A stretch of DNA of 64,000 nucleotides. It comes from Macrostomum lignano (lineage: Eukaryota). The first letter of the stretch is position 1; each line of letters opens with the position of its first letter. Position numbers and translations under genes: made by a program. The stretch is from contig NIVC01000725.1 of NCBI GenBank assembly GCA_002269645.1, positions 496,296 to 560,295 of the forward strand, in the 5' to 3' direction. The notes beneath the pieces were generated by a model. It did not search any database, was not told the origin of the DNA, and saw only the letters and a program-made list of their open reading frames with translations. Positions 58,855 to 64,000 of this stretch are shown here, piece by piece.

Positions 58855-61335
58855 ATGGCCGATGACACAGCTGACGGTGCTGTGGGTAGCAAAGATGGCA
58901 GACGGAACAGTTCTGATTGGCCAGCACCAGCCGGAGGGGTTGAGCTTGTCCGTATTGGCCAGCGCGATTCCTTGACAGCATTTGATGGCAGCAATGCTTT
59001 AAGCAGTGGCTCGGTAACCGCCGCTAATGATAGTCCACTGCGTAGGAATCAGTACTTGGCTCAGACTAGTTCGAATGGTCGAATGAAGAAAATTGATTTT
59101 GTGCTCACTTATCATCAGAAGCATGACGACTCTGTAGTCGCCAGCGCTGGCATGGAGTCCAGCGAGCAGCGCGAAAATGAATTAAGAAATGCTCTTATTG
59201 ATGCTCTACGCGTTGAAGGTGTCGATATTGAAGCGCCTAGTAGTAGTGGTAGCAAAGATCTAACCAATGGCGACGATAGTAATGGAAATTACAACGGCGG
59301 AGATGATATTGTTGAGAATGAGAATGGTGGAGACTCAAGTGAAACTAAAATTAAATATCTATTGTTGCACGCCACTTTTCCTCTGCTTGCTAGGTGAGTC
59401 AGATATAATTAGCATTCATACGGATATTATTGAGTTATTTTTAGTTGGATCTATGACTTATTGGCTTTATTCTTTCTGACAAAATGAATTGTCTTACCGA
59501 ATCTCCTTTAGCTTCTTTCTAAGGAAATGTTCCATTCTTCAAGAATAATGATAAACCTTTTAATAACAATACCAAATCCTTTAAGTAAAATCTCAAATCC
59601 ATAAAAAATAGCGTAAATCCATCAAGAGCAATGCCAGATCTATCAAGAATAATGTCAAATCCTTAAAGAATATTGTAAAATCCTTAAGGAAGAATGTCAA
59701 ATCCATCAAGTATAATGTCGAATCCATCAAGTATAATGTCGAATCCATCAAGTGTAATGTCGAATCCATCAAGAATGTAAAATCCATCAGGAATGTCAAA
59801 TCCATCAAAAATGTCAAATCCATCAAGAATGTGAAATCCTTCAAGAAGAAAGTCAAATCCATCAAGAATGTCAAATCAGTTAAGAATAATGTTAAATCCA
59901 TCAAATATAGTGGCCGATCCTAACCGGAGAAGCAGTGTAAAAATAATTTGAAATAGTTTCCAATTCACAGTGTCGTTTCTAAGTAGAGCGCAAATTCCTA
60001 GCTAAACAAGCTTATAAAAAAGTCAACCACAATAACGCAGATACGCCGAAGCCATCAAACTACAGATGCCGTTGCGCGATCAGAGCCTTGTCGATGATGC
60101 CAACGCGGCTGAAGGCACCCCAATAGATGTTGAGCAGGCTCAATTTGACTGCGCCCTGTGGCGCCTATTCCGACACTCCAGCGACAATGCCGGCGACAGG
60201 AACGACCTGTTTACGGCGCCGTTTCAAAAAGATCGACCGGAAATGTTTGCCATAGGCGATCGCCCAGAGGATAGGGAAGATTTTTTTACTAGCGCTCAAA
60301 GATCATTACTGTTGCACACGGCTCTGGTGTCTCTGCCGGAGTTCAACCGGTGCGTCTCTACCGGAGCTATTAAAGAGGCCTATCCTCTGCACGACGGCAG
60401 TCACAAGCTGTCTGCGTCAGTGTCAAGCGCTCAGGTCACTGGCTGCGACAATGACAGGCAGGAGCTGAATTTGCTGTGGGTTTCGGCTAGGAATTGGTAT
60501 CGATTCCAGCCGTTGATGCTCATTAGGCGGTACTTTGGCGAAAAGGTATGCTGTTGATATTATCGAATATTCATCACTGATTCACCTATTCAGTCACTAG
60601 TTCACCTATTTTATCACTGATTCGCCTATTCAGTCACTAGTTCACCTATTTTATTACTGATTTACCTATTCAGTCACTAGTTCACCTATTTTATTACAGA
60701 TTCACCTATTCAGTCACTAGTTCACCTTTTTTATTACTGATTCACCTCATGTTCAGTCACATGTTCATTCATTTTGTCACTGATTCATCCATTCTCTCTG
60801 ATTTAGCCATAAGTTTTCGCTCTCATCAAACATCTTGGAGGTTGGTCGCTAAAGGTCCTGAACCCTTGACCAATTCACTCATTCATTTACTTTCAATTCA
60901 CTTTTCGCCTAACTGTACTTTATGGTGAAGCTCAACTCCTCGTTGAATTCCACTATCATTATTTAGGTCGCCATGTACTTTGCTTGGCTAGGCGCCTACA
61001 ATATGTGGCTGCTGCCAATCTCGGTGCTAGGCCTGGTGGCATTCATATACGGCATCGCAAGCGTCTGGTCAGATCAAACTGTCAATCAAATTTGTGACGA
61101 TAAAACTGGAGCCGGAAATTTGTTAATGTGCCCCGTGTGCGATCAGGCCTGCGACTATTGGAGGCTGAAGGAGAGCTGCATGTACTCCAGAATTGTGCAC
61201 GTGTTTGACAATAGCGCCTCTGTGCTGTATGCCGGCCTGGTTTCACTGTGGGCCACCTGCTTTCTGGAGTTCTGGAAACGGCGTCAGTTTGTGCTGCAGT
61301 ACCAGTGGGACGTGGCCACCTGCGAGTTGGATGAG
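58855..61335 (+). CDS. ANO: Anoctamin/TMEM16 (ANO1-7 type), first three coding exons; gene continues beyond the window
   Basis: Exons 58855-59393, 60041-60545 and 60967-61335 join in frame (1413 nt). KKIDFVLTY, R|YAEAIKLQMPL, FFTSAQRSLL, AYPLHDG, FQPLMLIRRYFGEK|VAMYFAWLG, LMCPVCDQACDYWRL, CFLEFWKRRQ. The third donor GTTTGG is weaker. Confidence 0.93.
59600..59900. repeat. ~18-21-bp tandem repeat (gtcaaatccatcaagaat) in ANO intron 1
   Basis: Imperfect tandem copies. Confidence 0.88.
60575..60785. repeat. ~20-bp tandem repeat (tcactgattcacctattcag / tcactagttcacctatttt) in ANO intron 2
   Basis: Alternating subunits directly after the donor. Confidence 0.88.
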
Positions 61336-61364
61336 GTTTGGCTCTTTCGCTTGGCTTTGTTGTA

Positions 61365-61610
61365 CGCTTTTTGTCGCGCCATTCTTAGAAGTCCAAATTT
61401 TTGGCGCCAATTCTTAAGACCCCATTTGTTTTTGGCGCCATTCTTAGTAGGCCATGTGGTTTGTGGCGCCATTTTTAGGAGACCATGTTATTTGTGGCGC
61501 CATCCTTAGTATACCATGTTGTTTGTGGCGCCATCCTTAGTAGGCCATGTGGTTTGTGGCGCCATTTTTAGGAGACCATGTGGTTTGTGGCGCCATCCTT
61601 AGTAGGCGAT
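61365..61610. repeat. ~31-bp tandem repeat (ggcgccatccttagtaggccatgtggtttgt) in ANO intron 3
   Basis: About eight imperfect copies. Confidence 0.88.
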
Positions 61611-61857
61611 GTTTTTTGCGGCGCTATTCTTATTAACCAATCACACCCCAACAGCAACTGAGACGAACAGCAAGCAGGCAAAGGTCTATGGCCCGAAGCA
61701 GCGCGAGAGGTGGGGAAAGCGACCCCAACCCCGAAAAAAGGAGGAGAAAAGGAGAGAACAGGAAAATAAAAGCAAGGAGGCAGCAAAAGTAAGCGAAGCC
61801 AGGCCACGAACGCCAAGGTAAAACGCCAAAGGGTCAAAAAAACGAGCGAGTAAGCAG

Positions 61858-62661
61858 TCAAGAGGCCAGGCAGGCAGCGACCCGCCTAGCTGCTGCCCGA
61901 CGGCAGGCAAAGGACGCCTCACCAAAGAAATACCGAAAGACGCAGTCTGAACGCCAGTCGCCCATGCCTAGGACAGAAAACAGGGACTGTTGCGACGCGT
62001 AGATTTGATTCTCGCGCAAATGTGTTGCTAGTGCGGAAGCGGGACAGATAAGCAGGCATTCGGAGGCCTGCGGCAGAAAAACTTCCAGTTGCCGCTCCTT
62101 GAATTGGTTTGTCTTTGACCTGTTGAGCATCAGCCGCAGACCACCGGGGCACGCTGATAGGCAGCTCCGGGGAAGAGCGTCCGCAGCGGTGGATGGTAAG
62201 AGCTCGCCGAGCCTAAGGACTCCCCACCAGGCCACCAGCAATGCTGCCTTGAAGGCGGCCAGCAAACGGGGCGGCAGCGAATGACGTAGCTCGGTGGAGC
62301 TGCAGAGCAGGCGGACGTGGCTGGGCTTCAGCGGCGTCGCACGCCGAGGCTGCCGGCTCAGAAGACGCCGAGCCAAGCGACACACAAGAGCCAGGCGAGC
62401 GCTGCCCTTGGTCAGCAGGTCTGGCGACGCGGAAGCCCTATGTAGGAAAGACACCGCGCTGAGGCTTGACTGCACATTGGAGTAGGACGCCGGTCCACGT
62501 TGTAACAGGAACGAGACAAGTTGGCAGACATCAGACTCGGAGGCGGCGGTCGCGGGAATTCGACGCTGCCGGCAGAATTTGTTCCAGACTTGTAAGTGGC
62601 TCGCATAGGACTTCCTGGAACTAGGCGCTAGTGACAGGCGGCACAGAGCGGACACAGACAC
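61858..62661 (-). pseudogene. Tyrosine recombinase ORF with an internal in-frame deletion
   Basis: LAPSSRKSY, WWGVLRLGEL, LNRSKTNQ, CPASAL and GDWRSD..FRY are present; the H-x-x-R box is absent. Confidence 0.8.
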
Positions 62662-62786
62662 GGTGGAGCGGAGCGGAGCGCGGCTGCGACCTGTGAATGA
62701 AGAGCGGTGCGAGACACGGCAGAAATGGTGTGGGAAGCAAATCGAAAGGGCAAATGCATAAAGAGCCGTAAAGACGGCAGCAAAAA

Positions 62787-64000
62787 TTAATGAGCTCTCT
62801 GCTCGAGCCCCCCCATTCTAGAAGCGGAGTCGCTCAGCAGCTGCATCTGGCCAGGAAGGTGGAACGCCTGGAGCTGAATTCCCGACGTGAGGCACACGAG
62901 AGCAACGGTCTGATAGATGCGAATGAGCAGAGGATGCCGACAGGACAGCTTATTGACCATGCCGACGGCAGCAGTGCTATCCGAGTAAATCACCACGCGG
63001 CTGTTCCTAAGCTGCTCGCGGAAGTGCAGGATGGTAAGCAGCGGAGCCAGCGCCTCCTTGTGGTTGATGTGAAGGTCGCGGAACTTGCTCTCGAAGTCCT
63101 TCTCCCAGCTGAAGTACGTCCAGTCATTGAATTCGCTGCCAAAGACGATGCCAGCAGTACCCTCGCAACTGCTATCAGATTCGATGGCCACAAGTTGACG
63201 AAAACCGGGGCGAATGACCGTCGGCGGCAGAGAACTCACGACGCGCAGCCACCAGAAGAAGAGGTTGCGAAGCTCAGATGGCAGCCGGGTGTCAATTTTG
63301 TAGTTGAGGATGTCGAAGAGTGGGCGCAGGAAAGGACGCAAAAGCCTGTTGATCTGGCTGAGCCGGCACAACTTGCCGGCCAGTTTTTCGAGCTGCTTCA
63401 GCTTAACAACGTCACGTGACAGGCAATCGTTCAGCAGTTTCCGAATGTCGTCTTTCTTGTTTATTCGAAGTGACAGAGTGCTGTTCACAGTGCCAAAAAG
63501 GACGCCAAGAAACACAACGTGTTGAGCTGGAGCCACGGTCTTCTGCCAGTTGATGTCGAAGCCTAAGTTCTGCAGCAGATCAACCAGATAATTGAAGGCC
63601 TCCTGAGCCGCTTCTTTAGTATCAGCGGCTACTGCCCAGTCGTCCAAGTAGTTGACGGTAGCTGTGAAGCCAATGCTGAGCATGTGGCGCTGGATGCAGG
63701 CCGATAAGCGATGGAAAATTTCACATGACGCTCGAGCACCAAAGGGAACCGGATGTCAACGAGCACCGAGTCATCGCTGTCGGCAGCAAACCGCCAGCTG
63801 AGGCCCGTGAGCACCTGGTCGTCTGGGTGAATACCGACAGAACGATAGGCCTGTTTGAGGTCGATTTTGCCGATAAACGAGCTTGGGCGAAGATAGCGGG
63901 TCAGGTCTTGGACAGAGGCGAAGCGCAGCCCCTTTCCCTGCTCATAGCTGTCGTTGACGGAGGACCCCGAAGGTCTAGAAAGGTCATGAAAGACCCGGAC
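62787..64000 (-). pseudogene. RT/RNase H ORF of the YR retrotransposon, frameshifted at ~63747
   Basis: The frame from 64000 (VRVFHDLSRP...VDIR) shifts by one base at cggttccctttggt before PFGARAS...YLDD. Confidence 0.85.

Larger units (their letters stand above)
61630..64000 (-). mobile_element. Tyrosine-recombinase retrotransposon (DIRS order, Ngaro-like), 5' part beyond the window, antisense in an ANO intron
   Basis: RT: RVFHDLSRPSGSSVND, KIDLKQAYRSV, (L)PFGARASCEIF, YLDD. RNase H: ESDSS, HINHKEAL, YSDS. Separate downstream YR ORF 62661-61858. The 3' boundary is approximate. Confidence 0.9.

Noticed and set aside
62790-63419. 209-aa plus-strand ORF
   Set aside because: Antisense shadow of the GC-rich RT/RNase H ORF, with no recognisable motifs.

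Overview
Eukaryotic, intron-containing genomic DNA with GC-rich exons in an AT-rich, repeat-dense background. It is most likely an invertebrate, and a free-living flatworm such as Macrostomum is my inference from the gene content, RTE-like LINE sequence and minisatellite-filled introns; this is not verified. Spliced gene models whose exon phases I checked by hand: a universal stress protein (+), HSD17B10-like SDR (+), a THIK-type K2P channel (+), GOSR1 (-), a PAN-like + fibrinogen-domain secreted protein (+), and the first three exons of an anoctamin (+, runs off the window). There is also a Maf-like bZIP exon with no first exon found (+) and an intronless coiled-coil protein with a central hydrophobic hairpin (-). 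Mobile DNA includes a Ngaro/DIRS-type tyrosine-recombinase retrotransposon (-, truncated by the window end), a Merlin deletion derivative, several TIR elements with clean TSDs stacked between 30 and 54 kb, a tRNA-derived SINE (2 copies) and an RTE-like LINE fragment. Almost every intron carries its own private tandem repeat. No rRNA, intact tRNA or CRISPR array was found. Best leads: the toxin-like hairpin protein, branch-point-containing minisatellites abutting 3' splice sites, the Maf with a substituted invariant Arg, CCTA-targeting transposons with TAGGCCTA clusters, and stop-free retained-intron readthrough.
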